Assembly: GCA_963783305.1 (NCBI GenBank)
Contig: CAWAMW010000017.1
Location: forward strand, 32,001 to 96,000
Direction of reading: 5' to 3'
DNA: 64,000 bases
From: an uncultured Gemmatimonadales bacterium
GTDB lineage: Bacteria > Gemmatimonadota > Gemmatimonadetes > Longimicrobiales > RSA9
Below the pieces are notes generated by a model. It was not told where the DNA came from. It did not search any database and worked only from the letters and a program-made list of their open reading frames with translations. The position numbers were made by a program, and so were the translations under genes. Positions 53,802 through 64,000 of this stretch are shown one piece after another (positions within the stretch are counted from its first letter, which is position 1; each line of letters starts with the position of its first letter).

Positions 53802-56800
53802 ATGACAAAATCGTGCGGAGCCTTTGTGCCCATGGTGGCAGCGGCAGTACTGCTGCTCATCGGGTCACCACAGGCAACGACAGCCCAGCAGGCCGCGGTC
53901 AGCGGCACGGTAACCGACGCGCAGACCGGCGAAGCCATCCCTGCGGCGCAGGTGTCGGTCCGGGGCACCGGTATCGGCACACTCACCAACGCCGAGGGGC
54001 GCTACGTGCTCACGCGCGTCCCCGCGGGCCGGCAGGAGATCCGGGTCGAGTACATCGGCTACTCGGCGGCACAGCAGACCGTCACCCTCACCGAGGGCGA
54101 GACGGCCACGTTGAACTTCGAGATGGGCGTGGATGCCATCGAGCTGGAGGCGCTCGTCGCCACCGGCTACGCGCAGCAGACGCGGCGCGAGATCCCGAGC
54201 TCCATCAGCTCCATCGCCGAGCCGGGCGACCTGACGAGCCGGCCCGTGGCCAGCCTCGATGCCGCCCTGCAGGGGAAGGCGGCGGGCGTGCAGGTGATCC
54301 AGAACGCGGGCAACCCGGGCAACGGGATGACGGTCCGGGTCCGCGGCAGCTCTTCGATCACGGCCAGCAACCAGCCGCTGTACGTGGTGGACGGGGTGCC
54401 GATCTTCCGCGAGGACTTCGGCCAGCTCGGCCTGGGCGGTCAGGACCTGTCCGCCATCACGGGCCTCACGCCCGATGAGATCGAGTCCATCGACATCCTC
54501 AAGGACGCCGCGGCGTCGTCGATCTACGGTTCGCGGGGCTCGAACGGCGTGGTCATGATCACGACCAAGCGCGGCCAGGCCGGCGGGTCGAAGATCACGG
54601 TCAACACGTCGTTCGGCTTCCAGCAGGCCGCGAAGAAGATCGACATGTTGAACACGCAGGAGTGGATGGACTACTTCGCCGCCGGGATGCGCTACGACGG
54701 GTACACCGAGGCGGACATCCAGGACGAGTTCGACTCGTTCGGCGTGGATCCGAGCATCGACACCGACTGGCAGGACGAGGTCATGCGTACGGCGCCGATC
54801 AGCAACACACAGCTCGCGCTGAGCGGCGGCACGGACCAGTTCAAGTACTTCGTGTCCGGGACCTACTTCGATCAGCAGGGGATCATCATCGGCTCCGCGT
54901 ACGACCGCGCGTCGGCCCGGGCGAACCTGGACTTCCAGGCCACCGAACGGCTCAACGTGAGCGCCTCCCTCGCCCTGGCGCAGGAGGACAACAACCGGAT
55001 CGAGTCGGACAACTCCATCGTGAGCCCGGTGACCAACTCCATCGCCAACGAGCCATGGGTCCCCGTCAAGGACGACGAGGGCAACTGGAGCGACTGGGCC
55101 TCGTACTCGAACCCGGTGGCCGTGGGCCGTGAGGACTTCACCAACGCCCGCACGATGCGCAGCTTCGGGAACGTCACGGCCACGTACCACCTGCTGGACT
55201 GGCTGAACGTCAACGGCCGCGCAGGCTACGACGTGCTGTCGCTCCGCGAGCACCGGTGGAACTCGCCGCTGACGCCGCTGACGTACGGCGCGGGCGTGGG
55301 CGGTGTGTCCCGCATCGGCAACTCATCGGGCACGCGCTACCTGCTCGAGGCGTTCGCCACGGGGAACCGCTTCTTCGGCGCCCACGAGCTCTCGGTCACG
55401 CTGGGCTCGAGCGTCGAGATGGATGACCGCGAGAACAGCTTCGTCCGCGGCGAAGGGTTCACGAGCCCGAACCTGAACTGGCCGGACAACGCGGCCGAGG
55501 TCACCGGGTACGGCGGCACGGCGTGGGAGCACAACCTCATGTCGTACTTCGGGCGCGCCAACTACGTGTTCGACGATCGCTTCGTCGTGAACGCCAGCCT
55601 GCGCTCCGACGGCTCGTCGCGCTTCGGGCAGAACCAGAAGTTCGGGACGTTCCCGTCGGCGGCGGTCGCCTGGATCGTGAGCAACGAGGGCTTCATGCAG
55701 GGCAACGGTCTCTTCAGCGACCTGCGCGTGCGCGGCAGCTGGGGCAAGACGGGGAACGAGGCCATCGGCGATTTCCAGTTCCTCGGCCTCTACGGCACGT
55801 CCAACTACGCGTCGGTGGCGGGCACGGCGCCCAGCAACCTGGCGAACCCGGACCTGAAGTGGGAGACCACCACCGAGTGGAACCTCGGTTTGGACCTGGG
55901 GCTCTTCAGCGACCGGCTCGGGATCACCGCCGAGCTGTACAACAAGACCACGGACGACCTGCTGCTCGATCGGCCGGTCACGGCCACCACCGGGTTCACG
56001 TCGGTCCTGGCCAACGTCGGGTCCATCCGGAACCGTGGCTGGGAGCTGAGCCTGCGCACGGTCAACGTGCGGGCGCCGCGCGGCGGTGGCTTCGGGTGGA
56101 CGTCGGAGCTCAACCTGACGCACAACCAGAACGAGGTCACGGCGCTCTACAAGGATGAGCCGTTCCCCTCGGGCTTCATCAACCGCGTCGAGAAAGGTCA
56201 GCCCATTGGCGTGTTCTACGCGCCCAACTACGAGGGCGTGGATTCGGAGACGGGCGTCGCCATGTACACCGATCTGGATGCCGACGGCAACCGGGTGGGC
56301 TGGACGACGTCTCCGGGGTCGGACGACCGCATGCTGGTCGGCACCCCGCACCCCGACTACTACGGCGGGTTCCGCAACACCATGACGCTGGGCATCGTCG
56401 ATCTCATGGTGTTCATGGACTTCAGCCAGGGCGCCAAGATCTACAACGCCATGCGCGAGTACTCGGATGACGGCGGGTACTTCCTGGACAACAAGTTCGC
56501 CGTCCACGTCGAGGACTACTGGACGCCGGAGAACACCGACGGCACCGCGCCGAGCCCGAGCTGGTTCGGCTCCACCGGCGCGTGGGTCCCGTCGAGCCGC
56601 TACATCGAGGACGCGTCGTTCGTGCGGCTGGGCGATGTGACGCTCGGCCTCGACCTGCCGGACGCCGCCAACCGCGTGCTCCGGACCGGGGACGGCCGGA
56701 TCTATGTCTCGGGCAAGAACCTGCACACCTGGTCCGACTACTCCGGGTACGCCCCCGAGAACCACTACGGTGGCTCCGGATCGGCTTCATCCACGCTTGG

Positions 56801-56864
56801 CACCGACTTCTACGCGTACCCGCTGGCCCGGACGATCACGTTCGGGTTCCAGGGCAACTGGTAG
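53802..56864 (+). CDS. SusC/RagA family TonB-dependent receptor
   Basis: N-terminal carboxypeptidase-regulatory-like domain, PLYVVDGVP, DILKDAAASSIYGSRGSNGVVMITTKRG, NPDLKWETT, YPLARTITFG. Confidence 0.95.
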   Translation: MTKSCGAFVPMVAAAVLLLIGSPQATTAQQAAVSGTVTDAQTGEAIPAAQVSVRGTGIGTLTNAEGRYVLTRVPAGRQEIRVEYIGYSAAQQTVTLTEGETATLNFEMGVDAIELEALVATGYAQQTRREIPSSISSIAEPGDLTSRPVASLDAALQGKAAGVQVIQNAGNPGNGMTVRVRGSSSITASNQPLYVVDGVPIFREDFGQLGLGGQDLSAITGLTPDEIESIDILKDAAASSIYGSRGSNGVVMITTKRGQAGGSKITVNTSFGFQQAAKKIDMLNTQEWMDYFAAGMRYDGYTEADIQDEFDSFGVDPSIDTDWQDEVMRTAPISNTQLALSGGTDQFKYFVSGTYFDQQGIIIGSAYDRASARANLDFQATERLNVSASLALAQEDNNRIESDNSIVSPVTNSIANEPWVPVKDDEGNWSDWASYSNPVAVGREDFTNARTMRSFGNVTATYHLLDWLNVNGRAGYDVLSLREHRWNSPLTPLTYGAGVGGVSRIGNSSGTRYLLEAFATGNRFFGAHELSVTLGSSVEMDDRENSFVRGEGFTSPNLNWPDNAAEVTGYGGTAWEHNLMSYFGRANYVFDDRFVVNASLRSDGSSRFGQNQKFGTFPSAAVAWIVSNEGFMQGNGLFSDLRVRGSWGKTGNEAIGDFQFLGLYGTSNYASVAGTAPSNLANPDLKWETTTEWNLGLDLGLFSDRLGITAELYNKTTDDLLLDRPVTATTGFTSVLANVGSIRNRGWELSLRTVNVRAPRGGGFGWTSELNLTHNQNEVTALYKDEPFPSGFINRVEKGQPIGVFYAPNYEGVDSETGVAMYTDLDADGNRVGWTTSPGSDDRMLVGTPHPDYYGGFRNTMTLGIVDLMVFMDFSQGAKIYNAMREYSDDGGYFLDNKFAVHVEDYWTPENTDGTAPSPSWFGSTGAWVPSSRYIEDASFVRLGDVTLGLDLPDAANRVLRTGDGRIYVSGKNLHTWSDYSGYAPENHYGGSGSASSTLGTDFYAYPLARTITFGFQGNW

Positions 56865-56875
56865 GCGGAAAGGAT

Positions 56876-58243
56876 ATGAACATGAACAGACTACGCATGG
56901 TGCCGGGCCTGCTGCTGCTGAGCTTCGCGGCGGCCGCCTGTGACACCGGGCTCCTGGACGTGGAGCCGCAGGACGAGATCTCGGAGGACCAGGCGATCAT
57001 CAACCTGGAAACGGCGAACGCCGCCCTCAATGGCGCCTACAGCGCGCTCCAGTTCGACGGGCTGTACGGCGAAGAGGCGCTGGTGTGGACGGACGTGCTC
57101 ACGGATGACGTGGAGCACACCGGCACCTACGGCAACTACGGCACCGCCGACCTGCTCGCGGTGACGGCGGACAACTTCTCCGTCGAGAACATGTGGAACG
57201 ATACCTACAACGGTATCAACCGCGTGAACGTTCTCCTGGAGAAGGTCGCGGCGCTGGACAATGTGTCGCAGACCAACAAGGACCGGATCATGGGCGAGGC
57301 CATCGGGATCCGGGCGCTCGAGTACTTCCAGCTCGTCCGCCTGTACGGGGGCGTGCCGCTGGTGCTGCAGCCTTTCGAGAGCCTGGATGACGCCTCGCAG
57401 GTGAGCCGGGCCACCGTGGCGGCTGTTTACGACGCCATCGAGGACGACATCTCCAGCGCGCGCACGCTCCTTTCCTCGGCCGGGGTGGGCAACGGCGAAA
57501 GTCGCACCGTGATCACACCCGGATTCATGGACGCACTGGAGGCGCAGGTCCAGCTCCAGCAGGGCGACTGGCCCGCCGCTGAGACCGCAGCCATGCGGGT
57601 GGTGAACACCGAGTCGTACTCACTGGTCGATGATTACGCCAGTCTGTTCGACGCCAACGGCGCGCCCACGAGCGAGGACATCTTCCGCGTGGCGTTCAAT
57701 GCCGTGGACGCGAACTTCCACGGGTTCTATTACCAGTTCGAGGGGCGCTTCGAGACGGGCGCGACCGAGGAGATCTACAACCTCTACGACCAGGCGCTGG
57801 ACCAGCGGTTCACGGCTTCGTTCGACGAGGTGCGCCCCGATGGCATCGAGGTGGTGAAGTTCCCCACCACGGTGGGCACGGAGAACATCCACGTGATCCG
57901 CTACGGCGAGCTGCTGCTCATCCTCGCCGAAGCGCTGGCCCAGCAGGGTGGCCCCGACGAGCTCGACGACGCGGTCATGTACCTCGAGAAGGTCCGTGAT
58001 CGGGCGAACCTCCCTGCGTACGACGCCGTCGATGTGGACACGCAGGCGGAGGTCCTCGCCGCGATTTACCTGGAGCGCCGCCTCGAGCTGGCGTTCGAGG
58101 GGAAGCGCTGGTTCGACATCGTGCGGTGGGACATGGTGGGCACCGCCGTGGGCCGGACGCTACCGAACCCCGACAACCTGCTGCCGCTTCCGGTATCCGA
58201 ACTGGACGTGGCGCCTAATCTGACGCAGAACGCCGGGTACTAG
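56876..58243 (+). CDS. SusD/RagB family lipoprotein
   Basis: AAAC lipobox, LYGGVPL, IRYGELLL, ERRLELAFEGKRWFD, QNAGY. Confidence 0.95.
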   Translation: MNMNRLRMVPGLLLLSFAAAACDTGLLDVEPQDEISEDQAIINLETANAALNGAYSALQFDGLYGEEALVWTDVLTDDVEHTGTYGNYGTADLLAVTADNFSVENMWNDTYNGINRVNVLLEKVAALDNVSQTNKDRIMGEAIGIRALEYFQLVRLYGGVPLVLQPFESLDDASQVSRATVAAVYDAIEDDISSARTLLSSAGVGNGESRTVITPGFMDALEAQVQLQQGDWPAAETAAMRVVNTESYSLVDDYASLFDANGAPTSEDIFRVAFNAVDANFHGFYYQFEGRFETGATEEIYNLYDQALDQRFTASFDEVRPDGIEVVKFPTTVGTENIHVIRYGELLLILAEALAQQGGPDELDDAVMYLEKVRDRANLPAYDAVDVDTQAEVLAAIYLERRLELAFEGKRWFDIVRWDMVGTAVGRTLPNPDNLLPLPVSELDVAPNLTQNAGY

Positions 58244-58269
58244 GGAACAGCAACACCGCAAAAGGTAGG

Positions 58270-58308
58270 AACGGCCCCGTCCCGCGTCACGCGGGGCGGG
58301 GCCGTTTT
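58270..58308 (+). terminator. Intrinsic terminator
   Basis: AACGGCCCCGTCCCGCG-TCA-CGCGGGGCGGGGCCGTT followed by TT. Confidence 0.75.
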
Positions 58309-58348
58309 CGGTTCCGGCGCTCCGTGTTCTGGCGGCCCAGTGGCTACG

Positions 58349-58864
58349 CTACAGCTCCACGTTGTGCACTTCTCCCACGTCCGGCTGCTCGCCGGTGACC
58401 ATTCCCTTCGCGACCTCGAACAGGACCACCGGCTTCGGCTTGTCCATTTCCATGTACGTAACGCTGTCGGCATCCACGAAGATGAGGGCGAGCCGCGGGT
58501 CGTCCGGGCTCCCGTCCCGACGCTCGTCCTCCTTCGGGAACCAGGCCTTCCACGTCCGCTCGTAGAGCTCCCGGATACGGTCCCGGTCCTGCGAGATCCG
58601 GGCGGTACCGCTCACGGACACCCATTCACGGGAGTCCGTGTCGAAATACGCGACATTCACATTCGGATCGTGCTCCAGCTCGTCCATCTTGTGCGACTCG
58701 ATGTTCGCGACGAACCAGAGGTCCGCATCCGCCTCCCGCTTCTGCGTCGCCATGGGCCGGGATACGAGCCGCCCATCCGGCCGGCGAGTCGTGAGCATCG
58801 CGAGCTCGATGTCCTCGATGAGCTCGTAGAGCTTTCCCAGGTCCTTGTCCTTGCGTTCCGACAT
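58349..58864 (-). CDS. General stress protein 26 / pyridoxamine 5'-phosphate oxidase-like FMN-binding protein
   Basis: AMLTT...LVSRPM, LWF, WVSVSG, KAWFP...PDDP. Confidence 0.88.
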   Translation of the reverse strand: MSERKDKDLGKLYELIEDIELAMLTTRRPDGRLVSRPMATQKREADADLWFVANIESHKMDELEHDPNVNVAYFDTDSREWVSVSGTARISQDRDRIRELYERTWKAWFPKEDERRDGSPDDPRLALIFVDADSVTYMEMDKPKPVVLFEVAKGMVTGEQPDVGEVHNVEL

Positions 58865-59041
58865 CCTCGCATCCTCTCCGACGTCCCGGCGCCCCTTGGC
58901 GCAGTGAGTTTCGTGGCCTGAGAGGGAGCATGTTTCACGCCGTTCGGCCTGCTGGATGGAGCCGCGGATCCGAGCACTGGAACGGGGAGTGCGGCGGGAA
59001 GGACGGCGGCACGACGCACCTGCACACGGCACGGAGGCACA

Positions 59042-59950
59042 ATGGATCTCGGCATGATCGGGCTGGGGCGGATGGGCGGGAACATGGCGCGGCGGCTTGC
59101 GGCGGCAGGCCACGGGGTGCGGGGTCACGACCCCGGTGAGGAGGCGCGGAAACGAGCGGAAGACGCGGGGATTCCGACGGAATCGTCGCTCGAGTCGCTG
59201 GTGCGGGCTACGCCGTCGCCAAGGCGGCTCTGGCTCATGGTCCCGGCGGGCGAGCCGGTGGACCGGACGCAGGAGGCGCTGCTCCCGCTGCTGGAGCCCG
59301 GGGACATCCTGATCGACGGCGGGAACAGTCACTACCGGGAAACGATCCGGCGGGCCGAAAAGGCGGCGGAGTCCGGCGTCGCCTGGGTGGATGTCGGCAC
59401 GAGCGGCGGTGTGTGGGGGCTGGCAGAGGGCTATTCCCTGATGGTGGGAGGTCCCGACGACGCGGTCGCGCAGCTCCGTCCCCTCTTCGAGGCGCTGGCG
59501 CCGGCGCCGGATCGGGGCTGGGGCCACGTGGGGCCGTCGGGCGCGGGGCACTTCGTGAAGATGGTCCACAACGGGATCGAGTACGGCCTCATGCAGGCGT
59601 ACGCGGAGGGGTTCCACATCCTGTCGGAGAAAAAGGAGCTGGAAATCGACCCGTTGCAGGCGGCGGAGATCTGGCAGCACGGCAGCGTGGTGCGGTCGTG
59701 GCTGCTGGACCTGGTGGTCCGGGGGCTGTCGGAGAACCCGGATCTGAGCGGCGTCGCACCGTGGGTGTCGGACTCGGGGGAGGGTCGGTGGACGGTGAAG
59801 GAGGCCATCGACCTGGACGTCCCGGCGCCGGTGATCACGCTGGCGCTCCAGGCGCGCCTCCGTTCCCGGGTCGAGGACAGCGTAGCCGACCGTCTGCTGG
59901 CGGTGATGCGACAGCAGTTCGGAGGGCACGGGATCCGGTCGGCGCCGTGA
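59042..59950 (+). CDS. gnd: 6-phosphogluconate dehydrogenase (short decarboxylating type)
   Basis: IGLGRMG, DGGNS, GTSGG, KMVHNGIEYG, DSGEGRW, QFGGH. Confidence 0.95.
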   Translation: MDLGMIGLGRMGGNMARRLAAAGHGVRGHDPGEEARKRAEDAGIPTESSLESLVRATPSPRRLWLMVPAGEPVDRTQEALLPLLEPGDILIDGGNSHYRETIRRAEKAAESGVAWVDVGTSGGVWGLAEGYSLMVGGPDDAVAQLRPLFEALAPAPDRGWGHVGPSGAGHFVKMVHNGIEYGLMQAYAEGFHILSEKKELEIDPLQAAEIWQHGSVVRSWLLDLVVRGLSENPDLSGVAPWVSDSGEGRWTVKEAIDLDVPAPVITLALQARLRSRVEDSVADRLLAVMRQQFGGHGIRSAP

Positions 59951-60546
59951 TGCAGAGGGCGCGACGCGGGCGTTCGGCGGACGCCGTGGGCGCGGCTGCG
60001 CCGATGGTGGTCGTGGTGTCGGGTGTCGCCGGGTCGGGCAAGAGCACAGTGGGCGAGGCGGTGGCCGACGCCCTCGGGTGGGACTACATCGAAGGAGATG
60101 CCTCGCACCCCCCCGAGAACGTGGAGAAGATGAGCCGCGGAGAGCCGCTCGACGACCGCGACCGGGCGCCGTGGCTGGCAGCGCTGCGGGCGGAGATCGA
60201 GGCCCGGCTCGAGGCGGGTCCGCCGGCGGTGCTGGCGGCTTCGGCGCTGAAGGCGCGTTACCGCCGGGAGCTCCGGGTGGATCACCCTCGGGTCCTCCTG
60301 GTCTTCCTGGAGATCTCGCCAGAGCTCGCCCGGGAGCGGCTGACCACCCGGGGCGGACACTTTTTCGGCGCCGACCTGGTGGCTTCCCAGTTCGAGGCGC
60401 TGGAGCGGCCGGAGCACGCCCTCGTGCTGCCCGCAGAGTGGAGCGTGCCGCATCTGGTGGAGGCGGTCGAACGGGCGGCCAGGAGCCCCGGCGGACTCAA
60501 TCCCTCCGGGCGCGATCCCGCCGGACCTTCACCTTCTGGCCCTTGA
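59950..60546 (+). CDS. gntK: Gluconokinase
   Basis: GVAGSGKST, HPPENVEKMSRGEPLDDRDRAPWL, SALKARYR, SQFEALE. Confidence 0.9.
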   Translation: MQRARRGRSADAVGAAAPMVVVVSGVAGSGKSTVGEAVADALGWDYIEGDASHPPENVEKMSRGEPLDDRDRAPWLAALRAEIEARLEAGPPAVLAASALKARYRRELRVDHPRVLLVFLEISPELARERLTTRGGHFFGADLVASQFEALERPEHALVLPAEWSVPHLVEAVERAARSPGGLNPSGRDPAGPSPSGP

Positions 60547-62203
60547 TGGTGGTGTTCCGGAGCGCCCGGAGCACTTCACCCACCACGCTCTCCGACACCT
60601 CCACGAGTGAGAACCGCTCGGTGATCTCGATGGACCCGATGGAGCCACCCTTCACCGACGACTCCCCCGTGATCGCCCCCACCAGGTCCTTCGGCGCAAC
60701 GCCCGTTTCCCGGCCGGCGCCCACGTAGATCCGGACGACATCGCCCTGTGGCCCGCCGCTTCGGCGCCGTCCGCCCTTCGCGCCAGCCGCCCCACCCCTG
60801 CCGGCCGCGCCACGACCTCCGCCGCGGCCGCGCCCACCCTCAGCCGCGCCCTCCTGCGCGGGTCGCACGTCGGGGATGTCGATATCCTCCCTCTCCGCAT
60901 CACCCCCGGTGGCCTCCTGGGCCAGCTTCACCGCGGCCATGGCGACCTCCATGGGGTCGAACTCCTCGGCCAGCGACTCCACGACGACCCGGAACCGCTC
61001 CAGCTCGCCGGAAAGGAGTGTCTCCCGGAGGGTCGCGCGCACCAGTTCCATCCGGTGGGCCCTCAGGTCGGCGACCGTGGGCACCTTCTCCACTTCGATC
61101 TTCCGCTTCGTCAGCTGCTCGATGTTCCGGAGCAGCCGGTGCTCCCGCGGCTGCGTCAGCGTGATGGCCACGCCTTCCCGCCCCGCACGCCCCACTCGGC
61201 CGATCCGGTGGACATAGGATTCCGGTGCGTTGGGCAGGTCGAAGTTGATCACGTGCGTGAGCCGCGGGATGTCGAGGCCACGTGCCGCCACATCCGTGGC
61301 CACCAGCAGGTCCACCGCCCCACCCCGCAGCTTTTTCATGACCCGGTCGCGCTGGTCCTGCGCCATCCCGCCGTGCATGGACTCCGTGCTGTACCCGTGG
61401 GCGTTCAGCGTCTCCGACAGCTCGTCCACCTCGTTCCGCGTGCGGCAGAAGATGATGGCCGCCTCGGGGCTCTCCAGGTCCAGGACCCGGTCGAGGGCAG
61501 CCACCTTGTGGGCCCGCGGCACGACGTACGCCACCTGCCGAACCAGCGGCACCGCCCCCTCCTCGAGCGGCTCCCTGCGGATCCGGATCTGCACCGGGTC
61601 CCGGAGGTGCCGCTCGGCGATCGCCGCGATCCGCGGCGGCATGGTGGCCGAAAAGAGCACCGACTGCCGCTCCTCGGGCGTCGCCGACAGGATCGAGTCC
61701 AGGTCCTCGGCAAAGCCCATGTCCAGCATCTCGTCGGCCTCGTCCAGGACGACCACCCGCAGACCGTCCAGGACCAGCGTGCCTCGGTCGATGTGGTCCA
61801 GCGCACGCCCCGGCGTGGCCACCACCACGTCCACTCCCCGCTTCAGGACCCGGAGCTGCTGACCGAACGACTGCCCGCCATACACCGGCAGCACCCGCAC
61901 GCCCAGCGCTCGGCCATAGCGGTGCACCGCCTCCGCCACCTGCATCGCCAGCTCACGCGTCGGCACCAGCACCAGCGCAGAGGGCGAGGGCCGGTCCTCC
62001 GATGACGCCATCCGGTCGAGAAGAGGGAGCGCGAACGCTGCGGTCTTTCCCGTTCCCGTCGCCGCCTGCCCTACCAGGTCCCGCCCGTCCAGGAGCGGCG
62101 GGATCGCCTCCTCCTGGATCGGCGTTGGCTCCTCGTAACCGAGCTCGTCCAGCGCCGCTACCAGACGCGCATCCAGACCCAGCGCCTCGAACCCACCCGT
62201 CAT
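60497..62203 (-). CDS. deaD: DEAD-box RNA helicase with DbpA-type C-terminal domain
   Basis: PTPIQ, ATGTGKT, PTRELA, DEAD, SAT, HRIGRVGRAG; C-terminal LVGAITGE. Start could be 62221. Confidence 0.92.
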   Translation of the reverse strand: MTGGFEALGLDARLVAALDELGYEEPTPIQEEAIPPLLDGRDLVGQAATGTGKTAAFALPLLDRMASSEDRPSPSALVLVPTRELAMQVAEAVHRYGRALGVRVLPVYGGQSFGQQLRVLKRGVDVVVATPGRALDHIDRGTLVLDGLRVVVLDEADEMLDMGFAEDLDSILSATPEERQSVLFSATMPPRIAAIAERHLRDPVQIRIRREPLEEGAVPLVRQVAYVVPRAHKVAALDRVLDLESPEAAIIFCRTRNEVDELSETLNAHGYSTESMHGGMAQDQRDRVMKKLRGGAVDLLVATDVAARGLDIPRLTHVINFDLPNAPESYVHRIGRVGRAGREGVAITLTQPREHRLLRNIEQLTKRKIEVEKVPTVADLRAHRMELVRATLRETLLSGELERFRVVVESLAEEFDPMEVAMAAVKLAQEATGGDAEREDIDIPDVRPAQEGAAEGGRGRGGGRGAAGRGGAAGAKGGRRRSGGPQGDVVRIYVGAGRETGVAPKDLVGAITGESSVKGGSIGSIEITERFSLVEVSESVVGEVLRALRNTTIKGQKVKVRRDRARRD

Positions 62204-62351
62204 GCCGCCGTCCTCGCCCATTGTCCCTGCCCCATACGTAGTCACTCGCACCGCCCGTTCCGGGTACCCATCATAACAGCGGACCGAAACGCCGTCCGGG
62301 CTCGAGTGATCGGGCGCCGTGAGACGACGACGCAGGACCAGCCACCCGCCC

Positions 62352-64000
62352 CTACTCCCTCCAGACGGCGCCGTACCCCAGCGCCCACAGCTTTTCGTTC
62401 AGCGCGGGGATGTCCTCGTTCACCATGGCCTCGGCCCGCGCCTTCAGCTGCCCCCACCGCGGGCGCAGCTCCGTCACCCGCTGACGCGAGGACTGGTTCA
62501 CCCGCGGCAGATCGCTCTCCGTGGCGTTGATCAGGAAGAGGTAGTTCGCCGTGAAGCGCTGGGGGAAATTCTCCACATCGTCGTAGGCCTTCGACAGCCG
62601 CGAGACCATGTCCGAGTCCCACGCCTCGAGCCTCGCCAGCAGCGCTTCGCCCTCCGCGCGGACTGCCGCGTACGGCTCTCCGGCGGGCAGCTCCGCCAGA
62701 ATCGCCGAGAGCTGCCCGTGCGCCGCGTACAGCCGGTTCACCATCTCGTGCATGGTGTTCGTCTCGGATTCCAGCTCCGTCATGAACACGTCGTATTCGG
62801 CGTACGTGGCGGCATCCGTGGCATAGAGCGGGTTGGGCAGGATCCGGGCTTCGGTGGCCACCGTCCGCTCCCCCGCATTCAGCGTGAACCGGTACAGCCC
62901 CGGTGGCGCCTTGTGCCCCCTGTAGCTGGCCTCGACGTAGACCCCTGGCACGCCGGCCATCGTCGGGTGCCGCATGTCCCAGACGAACCGGTTCAGTCCT
63001 TCCGCCATGGGCAGCACCCGGGCGGCCGGCGGACCGCCATCCCAGCGGTGGAACGACGTGTCCCGCACCGAGGTGAACGTTCGGATGGTCCGCCCCGCGG
63101 CGTCGGCCACGGTGAGCGTGACCGTGTCCGTATCCGCGAGCTCCGGGAGCTGGTAGTAGAGGACGATGCCATTGGCGGGGTTGACGCCGCGGGAGCCGCT
63201 GGCGCCGGTGAAGTCGTCGTCGGGGTTATCCAGCTCGCTGCCGCCGTTGGCCAGGTAGGCGTCGGCCGGCTCGTAGAGGTGGAAGGCGGGCAGCTCCGGC
63301 GAGTACTGCCGGATCAGCGACAGATCGTCCAGGATCCAGAAGCCGCGGCCGGAGGTGGCCGCGATGAGGTCACCCCGGTGGACGGCGAGGTCATTGATCG
63401 GCGTGATGGGGAGGTTCAGCTGGAAGGGCGACCAGTCCCGCCCGCCGTTCCAGGAAATGAAGACGCCACGCTCCGTGCCGGCATAGAGCAGGTCCCGTCG
63501 AACGTCGTCCTCCCGCACCACCCGCGTGAAGGCGCCGTCCGGGATCCCCCGGTCGATCTTCGTCCAGCTCGCGCCGTAATTCGTGGTCTTGTACAGACCG
63601 GGCGCGTGGTCGTCGAACTTGTACCGGGTCGTGGCGATGTATGCGGTTGCCGGGTCGAACGGGGACACCTCGATGGCGTTGACCAGCGACTCGGGCAGCC
63701 CCTTCGGCGTTACGTTGGTCCAGCTCGCGCCGCCATCCCTCGTCAGGTGGACCAGCCCGTCATCGCTCCCGGTCCAGATGACACCCGCCTCGTGCGGCGA
63801 CTCGGCGATGTACGCCAGCGTCCCGTAGTTCTCCGCGCCCACCGCCTCGTTCGTGAACGGCACGCCCGGCGTCCCCTGCTTCTCCTCGTCGTCCCGGGTC
63901 AGGTCCGGGGACACCTCCATCCACGTGCGCCCCAGGTCCGATGTCTTCAGCAGGAGCTGGGCGCCATGATAGAAGGTGTTCGGCTCGTGCCGGCTCCAGA
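62352..64000 (-). CDS. BNR/VPS10-like repeat glycosyl hydrolase-like protein (5' end off the window)
   Basis: Asp-box repeats ([24 protein letters not shown]), [17 protein letters not shown], helical C-terminus. Confidence 0.85.
   Translation of the reverse strand, partial: WSRHEPNTFYHGAQLLLKTSDLGRTWMEVSPDLTRDDEEKQGTPGVPFTNEAVGAENYGTLAYIAESPHEAGVIWTGSDDGLVHLTRDGGASWTNVTPKGLPESLVNAIEVSPFDPATAYIATTRYKFDDHAPGLYKTTNYGASWTKIDRGIPDGAFTRVVREDDVRRDLLYAGTERGVFISWNGGRDWSPFQLNLPITPINDLAVHRGDLIAATSGRGFWILDDLSLIRQYSPELPAFHLYEPADAYLANGGSELDNPDDDFTGASGSRGVNPANGIVLYYQLPELADTDTVTLTVADAAGRTIRTFTSVRDTSFHRWDGGPPAARVLPMAEGLNRFVWDMRHPTMAGVPGVYVEASYRGHKAPPGLYRFTLNAGERTVATEARILPNPLYATDAATYAEYDVFMTELESETNTMHEMVNRLYAAHGQLSAILAELPAGEPYAAVRAEGEALLARLEAWDSDMVSRLSKAYDDVENFPQRFTANYLFLINATESDLPRVNQSSRQRVTELRPRWGQLKARAEAMVNEDIPALNEKLWALGYGAVWRE

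Noticed and set aside
60497..60546. Convergent overlap of gntK and deaD (also 3594-3610)
   Set aside because: Short tail overlaps are common in stop-poor GC-rich genomes, and there is no evidence of function.
1..64000. rRNA, tRNA, prophage, transposase or defence systems
   Set aside because: None recognised by eye; composition looks uniform and the genes are chromosomal in character.

Overview
This is a very GC-rich bacterial chromosomal segment. Gene content and order suggest Gemmatimonadota (inference). About 50 CDSs are supported. Core and regulatory genes: thrC (partial), two ECF sigma/zinc anti-sigma pairs, holA, a SPOR/TPR protein, ANTAR-like and stand-alone receivers, a NUDIX hydrolase, apgM and a PAS-GGDEF-EAL protein. 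Peptidases and hydrolases: an M16 pair, M1, two M28, one S9 and secreted amidohydrolases. Transport and envelope: PutP, a Ktr/Trk K+ uptake pair, an OmpA lipoprotein, DUF481 and SusC/SusD. Others: hrpB, a class V PLP enzyme, psd, gnd/gntK, deaD and a partial BNR/VPS10-like protein. The most notable region is a divergent carotenoid cluster (40932-49498) run by a CarH-type B12 photoreceptor, with visible 11-bp-spaced operator repeats. It contains an apparent three-part fusion: polyprenyl (GGPP) synthase, phytoene synthase, then an internal signal/TM segment and an exported helical domain. Other oddities: a PD40 beta-propeller-MarC fusion, a probable ATT start for psd, several sigma54-type promoters, MITE/REP-like intergenic elements and VNTRs, and two probable homopolymer insertions (S9 peptidase, crtI tail). 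No rRNA, tRNA, CRISPR array or intact transposase was seen.
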